A stretch of DNA of 37,789 nucleotides from Treponema sp. (GCA_012799545.1 JAAZLA010000059.1:1-37789); one strand, 5' to 3'; shown: positions 24,188 to 32,269, numbered from the stretch's first letter. Notes: generated by a model not told the origin, from the sequence alone. Numbers and translations are program-made.

Positions 24188-25225
24188 TTATTGACCACCT
24201 GTAAAACCTCGTGATTGTTCAAAATGCGTAATAAATGCACTGATTCCAGTATATATTGCTTGGGCAGCTTTACGCAAGTAGTTTTTATCTGCCAAGAGTG
24301 TCGCTTCTTCTTTATTGGTAACAAAGCCTAATTCAACCAAAACACTTGGCATATGGGCATGTTTGACAACAAACCATTCTTCCTCTTTTATACCTCGCTT
24401 TGGAGAAAGACTTCCAATTTCAGCGTCGAGAGAATCAAGAATAAATTTTGCTATCAAAATGCTCTCTGTAGTATACTCTTCTTCGAGCATAGAGTTAAGT
24501 ATGGGAAGCAAATCCTTATCAACTTCTGTTTCTGTAAGTATTGAACGACGATAACCGGGGCTTAAATACCACACTTCAAAACCTTTTGCCTTGGTGTCGA
24601 ATGCCGCATTTGCATGAATAGATATGTAGATTATCGCTTCATTTTCTGCCAAATTGATATTGTTTGCTTTTTCAACGCGCTCTTCGAGTGTTAAATATAC
24701 ATCCGTAGATCGTGTTAAAAGCACTTGTTTATCGGGATAGCGATTTTTCAATAATAAAAAAAGCTCAAGCGAGGTTGCCAATGCGACGTCTTTTTCTTGT
24801 ACTGTCGTTTTTTTACCACCAATAAGATGCGTTCCAATGGCTCCTGGGTCCTTACCTCCGTGCCCTGGATCGATGAGTATTGCGCCTACTTTGAAAAAAT
24901 CGAGTTCAGCTTCGCTTTGAAAAAGCTCGATTGCAAGTGAAATCACGTCTTTTGATACAAAGACTTGGTTATCCTTTCGAATAGGAGGCTCGATTATATG
25001 AAATTCTCTAAAATCAAGTAATGCGATGCTACTGTCTATGCTAATACTTAGGTGGTGTCCGTTTTTTTGTATAATCGCATGTGCAGCAAGTGGATCCCAA
25101 TACAAAAAAGCACCGAGTTTTGTCACCTCATCTTGTAAATTGACATAGTCTGCGGGAACTTTTGCAAAAAGGCAAAAAAAGGAGCTCAGAATAAAAAAGA
25201 TTATGATACTGTGTATTTTTTTCAT
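24188..25225 (-). CDS. N-acetylmuramoyl-L-alanine amidase (Amidase_3 family) with N-terminal stalk/targeting domain
   Basis: Zn-ligand contexts IDPGHGGKDPGA, ISIHANA and VELGFVTN. Signal peptide MKKIHSIIIFFILSSFFCLFA from the ATG at 25225. The listed 25240 start is a TTG overlapping the upstream stop. Confidence 0.85.
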   Translation of the reverse strand: MKKIHSIIIFFILSSFFCLFAKVPADYVNLQDEVTKLGAFLYWDPLAAHAIIQKNGHHLSISIDSSIALLDFREFHIIEPPIRKDNQVFVSKDVISLAIELFQSEAELDFFKVGAILIDPGHGGKDPGAIGTHLIGGKKTTVQEKDVALATSLELFLLLKNRYPDKQVLLTRSTDVYLTLEERVEKANNINLAENEAIIYISIHANAAFDTKAKGFEVWYLSPGYRRSILTETEVDKDLLPILNSMLEEEYTTESILIAKFILDSLDAEIGSLSPKRGIKEEEWFVVKHAHMPSVLVELGFVTNKEEATLLADKNYLRKAAQAIYTGISAFITHFEQSRGFTGGQ

Positions 25226-25236
25226 TTCTGTCGATT

Positions 25237-26877
25237 TCAACCGCTACTTCCTTTTTTTTGCAGTATATACAATAAACCTTGTGAACCGCCGCGCAAGAAT
25301 GCCTGCCAAAAATCATAGGCGGGAATCGTGTAGTTTTCTAATCTTATGTTATTTTTAATAAAAAAAGCAAGATCATCTAAGCTTTTTTCTATTGTTTTAT
25401 AATTCCAATCAAAAACGGAGCGATTTTGAAAAAGCGGTGGTAGAAAATCTTCTGCTTCTTCAGCTGTCTTAGATTCTATTGCATTGATAAAAGAAAGAAC
25501 AGAGATCGGTTTTTCATTTTTCTGTTTTTCCAAGAAGGCTGCAGCCTCATCTCCTAGAGCTGCAAAGGCTGAGGGAGGAAACTTTGTAAGAAAATCTTCT
25601 CTTAAAAAAGCTTCTGTCTCAGCATTATTTTCTTCAAGCTCAAGAAAAAGACACGCAACAGCGTTTTCAGCTGCCTCAATCGCATCTTTTCGTGTTTTTG
25701 CTTGCGTTAAGACATTGCCCGCTTTTTCGACATTATTTGTCGGAAAAACAAGTTCGTCATGTACTTTTGCGCGAGGAAAAACAGCTTTTACATTTTCTAT
25801 GCCTTGGGCTTCTTCCATGCCATGAATTGCCTTTAATCTTCCAGGAATAGAAATCCAAGCTCGCTCAGCACTGTGCAATCGAGGTAAAAGTTGTTTTTCC
25901 ATCGTTTGAAGTGGTATTTTTTCACCTAAGGCAAGTTGGATAGCTAGTTTAGTCAGCGATATTCCAGAGGCATAGGGATAGGTCCAGCCTGACATATAGC
26001 CGCCTGAAAGCCGTGCAGCAATTTCGCCTATTTTACAACCTTCTTTGGTGTATTTTATATCGCCCTTGGCTGCTCCATGGCTTAAACCCAATGCTTTTAC
26101 GCCTTTTTTAAAGACTGAGATTATTTCCTCTTGTTTTTCTCGGCTCAAGGCTGTTGGCATAGTATGCCCCATCTCAACAAAATACGGTGGATAAAAAATA
26201 TGTCGGTCCGCAAAGCCGGTAATGTATACTTCGCCCTCATACACAAGCGCATCGATAGAAAACTCATCGCCTTCCATGTATTCTTCAAGAATTGCACGCT
26301 TTGACTTAGAGTATAACAAGGCTTGCTCGACTGCGGTATATAATGCTTCTTTGTTTTGCACGAGGCGACAGCCACGAGAACCCATATTGTCGACGGGTTT
26401 TACCACAAGGGGATAGGCTATGGGAAGGGAGGCCTGTATCTGAGAGAAGTTTTGGCTAAAATCTCTTTCATGTACTTCTAAAAAGGCAGGCGACGGGACG
26501 AGGGCTTTTTGAAAGCAGCTTCTCATGCGTATTTTATCGCTTGCGTTTCGGGCCGACTCTGGACTATGTCCTGGGAGAGCGCAAGCTTCGGCAATTTTTG
26601 CAACAGCAAAAGAAAAATCTGTCGCCGCGGTAAAAACTGCATCTAAACCACCTCTTTGTTTTTGCTCCAAGGCAAAATCTACGAGTGCATCGCTATCCTT
26701 TAAGTCAATCGACACAAAGACATCGGCAAGATGAGCTGCAGGAGCGCGTGGGTTGCCATCGCTTAGGATAACACGCAACCCCAGCTCTCGCGCCGCTTCT
26801 ATCGCAGGTATTTGCATAAAACCTGCACCAAGTATGAAAATAGTTTTTTTTGTTTTAGTATCTGCTTGCATTCCCAT
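25237..26877 (-). CDS. ATP-grasp carboxylate-amine ligase (L-amino-acid-ligase-like) with about 140-aa C-terminal extension
   Basis: N-terminal Rossmann-like KKTIFILGAGFMQIPAIEAAREL. ATP-grasp core YPLVVKPVDNMGSRGCRLV ... ILEEYMEGDEFSIDAL ... GEIAARLSGG. The ATG at 26877 (MGMQAD) lies 22 nt after the upstream stop; the listed 26979 start overlaps the upstream gene by 80 nt. Confidence 0.75.
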   Translation of the reverse strand: MGMQADTKTKKTIFILGAGFMQIPAIEAARELGLRVILSDGNPRAPAAHLADVFVSIDLKDSDALVDFALEQKQRGGLDAVFTAATDFSFAVAKIAEACALPGHSPESARNASDKIRMRSCFQKALVPSPAFLEVHERDFSQNFSQIQASLPIAYPLVVKPVDNMGSRGCRLVQNKEALYTAVEQALLYSKSKRAILEEYMEGDEFSIDALVYEGEVYITGFADRHIFYPPYFVEMGHTMPTALSREKQEEIISVFKKGVKALGLSHGAAKGDIKYTKEGCKIGEIAARLSGGYMSGWTYPYASGISLTKLAIQLALGEKIPLQTMEKQLLPRLHSAERAWISIPGRLKAIHGMEEAQGIENVKAVFPRAKVHDELVFPTNNVEKAGNVLTQAKTRKDAIEAAENAVACLFLELEENNAETEAFLREDFLTKFPPSAFAALGDEAAAFLEKQKNEKPISVLSFINAIESKTAEEAEDFLPPLFQNRSVFDWNYKTIEKSLDDLAFFIKNNIRLENYTIPAYDFWQAFLRGGSQGLLYILQKKGSSG

Positions 26878-26899
26878 AATTTTGAAGTATCCACATACA

Positions 26900-29575
26900 C
26901 TATAAAATATTACGCTTTTTGATACAATAGACCTCAAAGGTATCTGATAAAACAAGTTTATTTGCAATGCATACAGCAAGCCATTTCAAAACACCACCTC
27001 TTCTATACCAAGTAGCTAAAAAACCGAGAAATCTATGCGATTTTATACGTTCGAGGTGGCTTTCTTCTATTTTTATTTTTTGTACTTTAAATCCATAGGC
27101 TTGGAGGATTTTTTTTGCAGCTTTTTTATGCCAAATACTAAAATGATCCAAGGGAGATTGTTCAAAAAAATCTTTTTTAGATAGTTTCATGGAAATACCG
27201 CGGCCATTTGGTGTAGAAAAAGCAAAAACTCCACCAATCACTAAGAGGGCATTTACTTTTTTTAGCACAGCATCGAGGTTTTCAAAATGCTCGATGACAA
27301 ACCACATCGTAAGGCAGCCAAATTGTGATGGAAAAAGGCTTTCGGCCTCTATCTTCGAGGAGAAAAATTGAGGAAAGGGCGCAGAAATAGCCGGAAATCC
27401 CAGTTTTTCCTTGACATAGGCAACAGCTTTCTTGGAAATATCGCTACCAAAAGGTGAAAAACCAGCATCTTGGGCGGCAGATAAAAAAGGACCGTAGGCA
27501 CAACCTATATCGAGAATGCTTTTTTGAGGCGGCTTGAGCTCTTGTATTTCTTTTAAGCGTGCAAGTCCTCTTGCTTTTATATGTGAAAAATCTTCTAGAT
27601 AGGTTTTGCCATATTGTTTTTTATAATCATCAAAAAAATACGCTTCATTGTACTGAGTTTTATCTTTTGAAAGCCATGAAGGATAATAGAGCGAACAGGA
27701 TGCACATTTTCGAATTGTTTTACTTGGACATCGTTCAAGAACTTTATCTGCTCTTTTTTTTCTCAGTTTTTTTTCTACTGGAGATAGTTTTCTTTGAAAA
27801 TCTTCTTGACAAAGAGGACAAGAAAGAGTCCTTCCTTCTAGAAAATCTAAAAGAAAGACTGAAAGTGTCGATTTTTCTTGATTTAAAAGTGTAAAATCCA
27901 TTTCTAAAAGTGGCTGAAAAACAGCTGAAAGGTTTTTCTCCCCTAGACCATCGACTTTTTTTCCAAAAACTATTTTTTGAATGATTTTTTCAAAGCTGCT
28001 TTGGTTTAGCTTGTTTTTGGGAATATTGTAAAATCCATATTTTTTTGCCAGTTTTTCATGGATTTTGCTCGTTCCCAGTAAAATAAGCTCAGAGCCCGAC
28101 GCAAGGGCTTCAAAAGCGGTCAGCCCATAATGCGTTATAACAATATCATAATTGCATAATCGCTCTTTTAAGCTCGGTATGGGATTTTCTGGCAAAAGAA
28201 GCTCGATTTCAGAAGGAAGTTGCAGCGCCTTCACAGCCTTTTCTAAAAGATTTTTTGCCTTTAGAGCAAGTCGCCCTGGGTCTTCACCACCGAGGCTAAT
28301 TAAAAAGCGAATTGTTTTTTCTTGTTTTTCTGCATCGGTTTTATTATCACCCTGTGTATTCTCCGTCTTTTTTTGTATCTTCTCAGTTTTTTTTTGACAA
28401 GAGCGAAAATCTAAGAGTCGAATATCCATAAGGTTATTTTTTTTATTTTTAAGTGAAGGAATCGTATCGAGGACGTAGCTTACCGCTCTTAGATTTTTTT
28501 CTGATGCAGCTTCATCAAGGGCGAGGACTGGTGCGCGTTTTGCCAAGGCTTCTATTTCCTTTTTTTCTGTTCGAAAGGCATCGAGCACAATGAGGCCGGG
28601 TGCAAAGCTGTCAATTGATTCTAAGATTTGGTCTTTAAAAATACGCCCTTCACTCAATGCTATTTCTAAGAGTTTTTTTACTTCAGTGGAAGCATGGGGG
28701 GGTACAAAAAAGCTTGCGTCGAGTTCTTCTGCCACCATAAGTGCGCGGCGAAAATGTCCTGTGCCAAAGCCTTTTTTTACCTGCGCTATGTACAAAAGAG
28801 GCTTTCGAAATGCTTCTGAGTTTAAAACATCGAGAATTTCTCTTGCAGAAAAGACTTTTTTTTCGCAAGGAGAAGAAGCGAGGAATTTTTTCCCTGTTTC
28901 AAGGCGTTTTTTTTCTAGATGACGATAGAGCTTCAAAGCCCTTCGATAATCTTCTGCGGTGTCGATGGTAGTGCGCAATGTAGGAGCATAAAAAGAAGGC
29001 GGTGCATCGATAAAATGACATGAAAAATACGTTTTATGATTGTACAAGGCAGGTCCTACATGCTCGCATTCATAGGCATCGCAGCCTCTTTTCCAAGCCT
29101 TCAAAAGAGAAGTTGCTTTTAAAAGCTCTACTCCAGAGCCATGAGGCATTCCCGTAAAGGTAAGATAATCGCAGGCGATGCCCTGAGAGAGAATAGCATC
29201 CTTTTTTGCAAGGAGTTCAGGTATCGCTTCATAAAACAAAAAAGGATTGTCACCAGTTGCGCGGACTATGTAGAGATTTTCAAGGCTTTTTTCTGCCTCT
29301 TTTTCTATATGCTTTTCTATATATTCCTCTATCAAAAGACAAAAACGTTCCAAGACATTATCTGCGCTACCAGAAAAAATTTCATAGCCATGATTTTTTG
29401 CGATGGGTAAAAAAGCCTCATAGGAATAAGCATCTGTTGCCAAAAAATGAGCATCCGCTGGTATTTCTTTTAAGGCCAAAAGTGTATGAGCGATACTTGG
29501 CAGATTTCCGATGGACAAGAGAGCCTTGTGTGGGAGACGGCTAGATTGCAGACGCGCTTGCACAATAATAATCAT
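26900..29575 (-). CDS. Three-module fusion: SpsF/PseF-type cytidylyltransferase + PseG-like GT-B module + Zn-ribbon/class I SAM methyltransferase
   Basis: N-terminus MIIIVQARLQSSRLPHKAL is the acylneuraminate/SpsF cytidylyltransferase signature. The middle segment LLYIAQVKKGFGTGHFRRALMVAEEL plus ITHYGLTAFEALASGSELILL resembles PseG/MurG-type GT-B. The C-terminus has CPLCQ...CASCS followed by SAM motif I ILDIGCAYGPFL and a later LVIGGVFAFSTP. The ATG at 29575 shares one base with the upstream TGA (TGATG); the listed 29590 is TTG. Confidence 0.7.
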   Translation of the reverse strand: MIIIVQARLQSSRLPHKALLSIGNLPSIAHTLLALKEIPADAHFLATDAYSYEAFLPIAKNHGYEIFSGSADNVLERFCLLIEEYIEKHIEKEAEKSLENLYIVRATGDNPFLFYEAIPELLAKKDAILSQGIACDYLTFTGMPHGSGVELLKATSLLKAWKRGCDAYECEHVGPALYNHKTYFSCHFIDAPPSFYAPTLRTTIDTAEDYRRALKLYRHLEKKRLETGKKFLASSPCEKKVFSAREILDVLNSEAFRKPLLYIAQVKKGFGTGHFRRALMVAEELDASFFVPPHASTEVKKLLEIALSEGRIFKDQILESIDSFAPGLIVLDAFRTEKKEIEALAKRAPVLALDEAASEKNLRAVSYVLDTIPSLKNKKNNLMDIRLLDFRSCQKKTEKIQKKTENTQGDNKTDAEKQEKTIRFLISLGGEDPGRLALKAKNLLEKAVKALQLPSEIELLLPENPIPSLKERLCNYDIVITHYGLTAFEALASGSELILLGTSKIHEKLAKKYGFYNIPKNKLNQSSFEKIIQKIVFGKKVDGLGEKNLSAVFQPLLEMDFTLLNQEKSTLSVFLLDFLEGRTLSCPLCQEDFQRKLSPVEKKLRKKRADKVLERCPSKTIRKCASCSLYYPSWLSKDKTQYNEAYFFDDYKKQYGKTYLEDFSHIKARGLARLKEIQELKPPQKSILDIGCAYGPFLSAAQDAGFSPFGSDISKKAVAYVKEKLGFPAISAPFPQFFSSKIEAESLFPSQFGCLTMWFVIEHFENLDAVLKKVNALLVIGGVFAFSTPNGRGISMKLSKKDFFEQSPLDHFSIWHKKAAKKILQAYGFKVQKIKIEESHLERIKSHRFLGFLATWYRRGGVLKWLAVCIANKLVLSDTFEVYCIKKRNIL

Positions 29576-30588
29576 CAATAGCTTTTCCAAAAAGCGAGGA
29601 TGGCGTTAAAATCAAGCTTGTATTTATCCGAATGACTCTCAACCCATTTTTTTGCCTCTCTAAATGCTGGAATTGCCTTGAAAAAATGCCCTGAATGAAT
29701 GGCATAGGGTAAAAAAGCTTTTTTTGGGTAGGATATTTTTCCCTTATCGCAGCGGGGAATAATATTTTTCAAATAAAACCGATAATAGGAGTCATCGATG
29801 CTCATATCCTCAGTCGCTCTTTCACCTTCATAGCTGAGACGAAAGGCAGGAGACATAAAGAGTGCATAGCCCCAAAGCCATGAACGTAAACCAAATTCGA
29901 CATTTTGCCAGTAGGGAGAAGAGAGTTCGCTGTCAAAACCGCCCATTTCAAAAAAATGTTTTTTATTGTAAATCCCCATAAAATCATAGGGATAAAGACT
30001 GATAGAATGTTCATACAAGAGTTTTGATAATGTAACAGTAAAATACGCGTCATCAATGCTTGGACTTGCTTTTACTGGTAAAACTTGAGAACTTGCAGAA
30101 TACAGCGAAGGCAAAAGACAAAGGGGTTTTCGCGGTATTTCTATCTTACATTCAGTATTGTCGCTTGTTGTAAAATCGTCCAAGGGTTTTTCAAAAAGCG
30201 ATAGCTTTGATAAGACAAAGTCGCTTAAAATATTTTCACGAATTTTTATATCGTCCCAAACAACAAAGACTGTCTCACCTTCAGTTTCCTTCATGCCAAT
30301 ATTTATCATCTGCCCGATATTTATTTCTTCTTGGGGAATAATAAAGCGCACGCAGGGAAAACGCCTTGAAAGCTCATCGAGGGCATAGTTTTTAGAAAAT
30401 TTTTCGACGCTTACAATCGATTGGAAGCCGCTTTTCATCAAGGCATCGAGAATTTGTGGCTTAAAGTGGGAGCCAGATCGAGAAAGCAATAAAACAGAAA
30501 TGGGTTTTGAGGCATAAGGATTTTTTTCACTTCCGCCTATTATTGTTCGTGCTATCTCTGTATTAAAAATTATAGGTGTAGTACTCAT
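29575..30588 (-). CDS. GT-A (family-2-like) glycosyltransferase-like protein
   Basis: ISVLLLSRSG (compare VSVIIPTYN), INIGMKETEGETVFVVWDD (compare N.G...A.GE.I.FLDDD) and MGGFDSELSSPYWQNVEFGLRSWLWGY (compare GGFDE.F...ED.DL..R). The ATG at 30588 overlaps the upstream gene by 26 nt; the listed GTG at 30600 is an alternative. Confidence 0.55.
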   Translation of the reverse strand: MSTTPIIFNTEIARTIIGGSEKNPYASKPISVLLLSRSGSHFKPQILDALMKSGFQSIVSVEKFSKNYALDELSRRFPCVRFIIPQEEINIGQMINIGMKETEGETVFVVWDDIKIRENILSDFVLSKLSLFEKPLDDFTTSDNTECKIEIPRKPLCLLPSLYSASSQVLPVKASPSIDDAYFTVTLSKLLYEHSISLYPYDFMGIYNKKHFFEMGGFDSELSSPYWQNVEFGLRSWLWGYALFMSPAFRLSYEGERATEDMSIDDSYYRFYLKNIIPRCDKGKISYPKKAFLPYAIHSGHFFKAIPAFREAKKWVESHSDKYKLDFNAILAFWKSY

Positions 30589-32215
30589 CACATTTCTCAC
30601 ATATTTTTTGAAGCCTGTTTTCTAAATGTCGACCGTATGCTTCTTTTTTCTTTTGCCATATTGTTTCTATATTGTCGCTAAAAATATTTCCTAAAATATA
30701 CTCTGTTTTTTCATAAGGTACAACAGAATGACAAAGCGGAACAGAACCGTCCAAAAAAATATGCATGTCGCGGCGAAGATGCCAGCAAGGATTTCGCTCA
30801 AGTGGGGCTAAATCGAGGACAGATTTTTCATCAAGGTAGCCTGAAAAACTATTATATTTTTGAATAATCGTTTTATCGGTTTTCTCCCGCCAGTATCGAA
30901 TAAAGGCTTCCAATTCTGCTTCATTTTCTTGTATACGTAAAAATTGCACATATGTAGAATGTGGAAAAGCTTTTTCTAAAAGCATATAGTTTTTTTCTGC
31001 CTGCTCAAGGCTAAAACCTGTACCATGGAGTTTTTCGTATAAGTCAGGACTTCGGGCATCCAAACCAAGTATCCAATACACTGCCTGATATGCAGTTTGT
31101 CTTTGCGGAGATTTTTCTATGATTTGACTTATCGACTGAATAAAATCTTCAGAAATGGAATAAGATGTTGTTTCGATTAAAAGAGAAAGGGAAGGATGTT
31201 TTAAAGTTTCTTCTATAAAAAATAAAAGTTCTGGATGATGCAAGGCTTCTCCCCAAAGCGAAAGTGAAATAAGGGCATCTTCGGAAAAAGAGAGAATTGC
31301 GTCAAGAATCGCTGTAAAATCTTCTTTTTTCATAAACTGGGCAGAATTGTCATAAAATGCTTCTTGAGGATTTTTTCTAAAACGCCCGAAATGTGCCGTG
31401 GGATAGGGACAAAAAAGACAGGTTCCCGCACATGAACTTGCTATTTGTATAGAATAATAGGCTGGAAGGCTGTGAAGGACAGAAATATCGGTAGAAAGCG
31501 AAAGAATTTTTTCAAAACCAATCTCCGAGACAGAAATTTCTGTTTCTCGAAAGCCTGAATCAATGAGGCGCTTCCAAAGAGATTTTGTTGAAAAAAGATT
31601 GCGTTTTGAATCCACAGAAAATGTGAGGCGCCATGGTCGCATATCTGTATCGCTGATATATGTTTCTATTTCAAAGGCATTGATATCTTTTTTGATAAGA
31701 GAAAATAAAAGATCTCGGCTGATATTTTCTGCTTTTTGATCTCGCTCCACTGTTTCTGCTTCTTTTAATTGCTCTAAACCCAAAAGAAGAGAAACCGCAT
31801 CGATATCTATAATCTCAGGAGCTAAACCAAGGGGAAAGGCCTCGCCAAAGCAATACGAACTTAAAGAATCTTCGTGTAAATCTATGAGCGACTTTGAAAT
31901 ATCTTTTTGCAAAAAGGGAGAATCTGCCCAAGCATAGATAATTGTTTTTGCATTTTTTTCGTCTGCACAGGTAAAAAAAGATTCGAGTAGTTTTTTTTCT
32001 GTCCATTTTTCTTTGTATACAAAGGAGGTGTTTTCAGTTTTTTCTAAAAAAGAAAAAGAAGATTCTGGTCTATCGCTGAGAATGCAAATAGCTTCCACAG
32101 CATCGAGATTTTTTGCCCATTCATAACTTAATACAATGGCAGATTTTTCATTAAAAACTTTTTCAAAGGCTCCTTCGTGCAAGCCTATTGCAGATAAAAT
32201 ACAGATACGTTTCAT
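30563..32215 (-). CDS. Radical-SAM protein with SPASM/twitch-like C-terminus and degenerate nucleotidyltransferase-like N-domain (resembles the family I recall being named spiro-SPASM protein)
   Basis: CAGTCLFC (CxxxCxxC) at mid-protein. The C-terminus has C-x12-G-x4-C (CWHLRRDMHIFLDGSVPLC), then CEKC. The N-terminal 150 aa or so (MKRICILSAIGL...IIYAWADSPFL...GLAPEIID) follows an NTP-transferase fold pattern. The ATG at 32215 is preferred over the listed TTG at 32248. Confidence 0.7.
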   Translation of the reverse strand: MKRICILSAIGLHEGAFEKVFNEKSAIVLSYEWAKNLDAVEAICILSDRPESSFSFLEKTENTSFVYKEKWTEKKLLESFFTCADEKNAKTIIYAWADSPFLQKDISKSLIDLHEDSLSSYCFGEAFPLGLAPEIIDIDAVSLLLGLEQLKEAETVERDQKAENISRDLLFSLIKKDINAFEIETYISDTDMRPWRLTFSVDSKRNLFSTKSLWKRLIDSGFRETEISVSEIGFEKILSLSTDISVLHSLPAYYSIQIASSCAGTCLFCPYPTAHFGRFRKNPQEAFYDNSAQFMKKEDFTAILDAILSFSEDALISLSLWGEALHHPELLFFIEETLKHPSLSLLIETTSYSISEDFIQSISQIIEKSPQRQTAYQAVYWILGLDARSPDLYEKLHGTGFSLEQAEKNYMLLEKAFPHSTYVQFLRIQENEAELEAFIRYWREKTDKTIIQKYNSFSGYLDEKSVLDLAPLERNPCWHLRRDMHIFLDGSVPLCHSVVPYEKTEYILGNIFSDNIETIWQKKKEAYGRHLENRLQKICEKCDEYYTYNF

Positions 32216-32240
32216 ACTTCTTTTATCGGCAGAATTTCGC

Positions 32241-32269
32241 TTGCACAACAGAGCCCTTCAGTGTAAACT
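32241..32269 (+). promoter_or_regulatory. sigma70-like promoter candidate for xseA (TTGCAC-N17-TAAACT)
   Basis: TTGCAC at 32241-32246, a 17-nt spacer, TAAACT at 32264-32269. The first ATG (32278) is only 8 nt past the -10, so either the mRNA is near-leaderless or the ATG at 32299 is used. Confidence 0.3.

Noticed and set aside
28300-28400. Near-tandem heptad QKKTEKI/QKKTENT and a T9 run in the fusion gene, considered as a possible repeat or phase-variation site.
   Set aside because: There are only two imperfect repeat units inside a low-complexity Lys/Glu linker. A-rich lysine codon runs of this length occur in several genes here, for example 13397-13405. I mention it only as part of the fusion-protein finding.
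32223-32230. Exact GCCGATAA on the minus strand, the sigma28/FliA -10 consensus octamer. It sits 7 nt upstream of the ATG of the radical-SAM gene that heads the operon next to flaA.
   Set aside because: No TAAA-type -35 lies 15-16 nt upstream (that position reads GTTG). An exact 8-mer is expected roughly once by chance in 2 x 38 kb, and it would leave essentially no 5' UTR. It is worth rechecking only if transcription-start data show a leaderless start near 32215.
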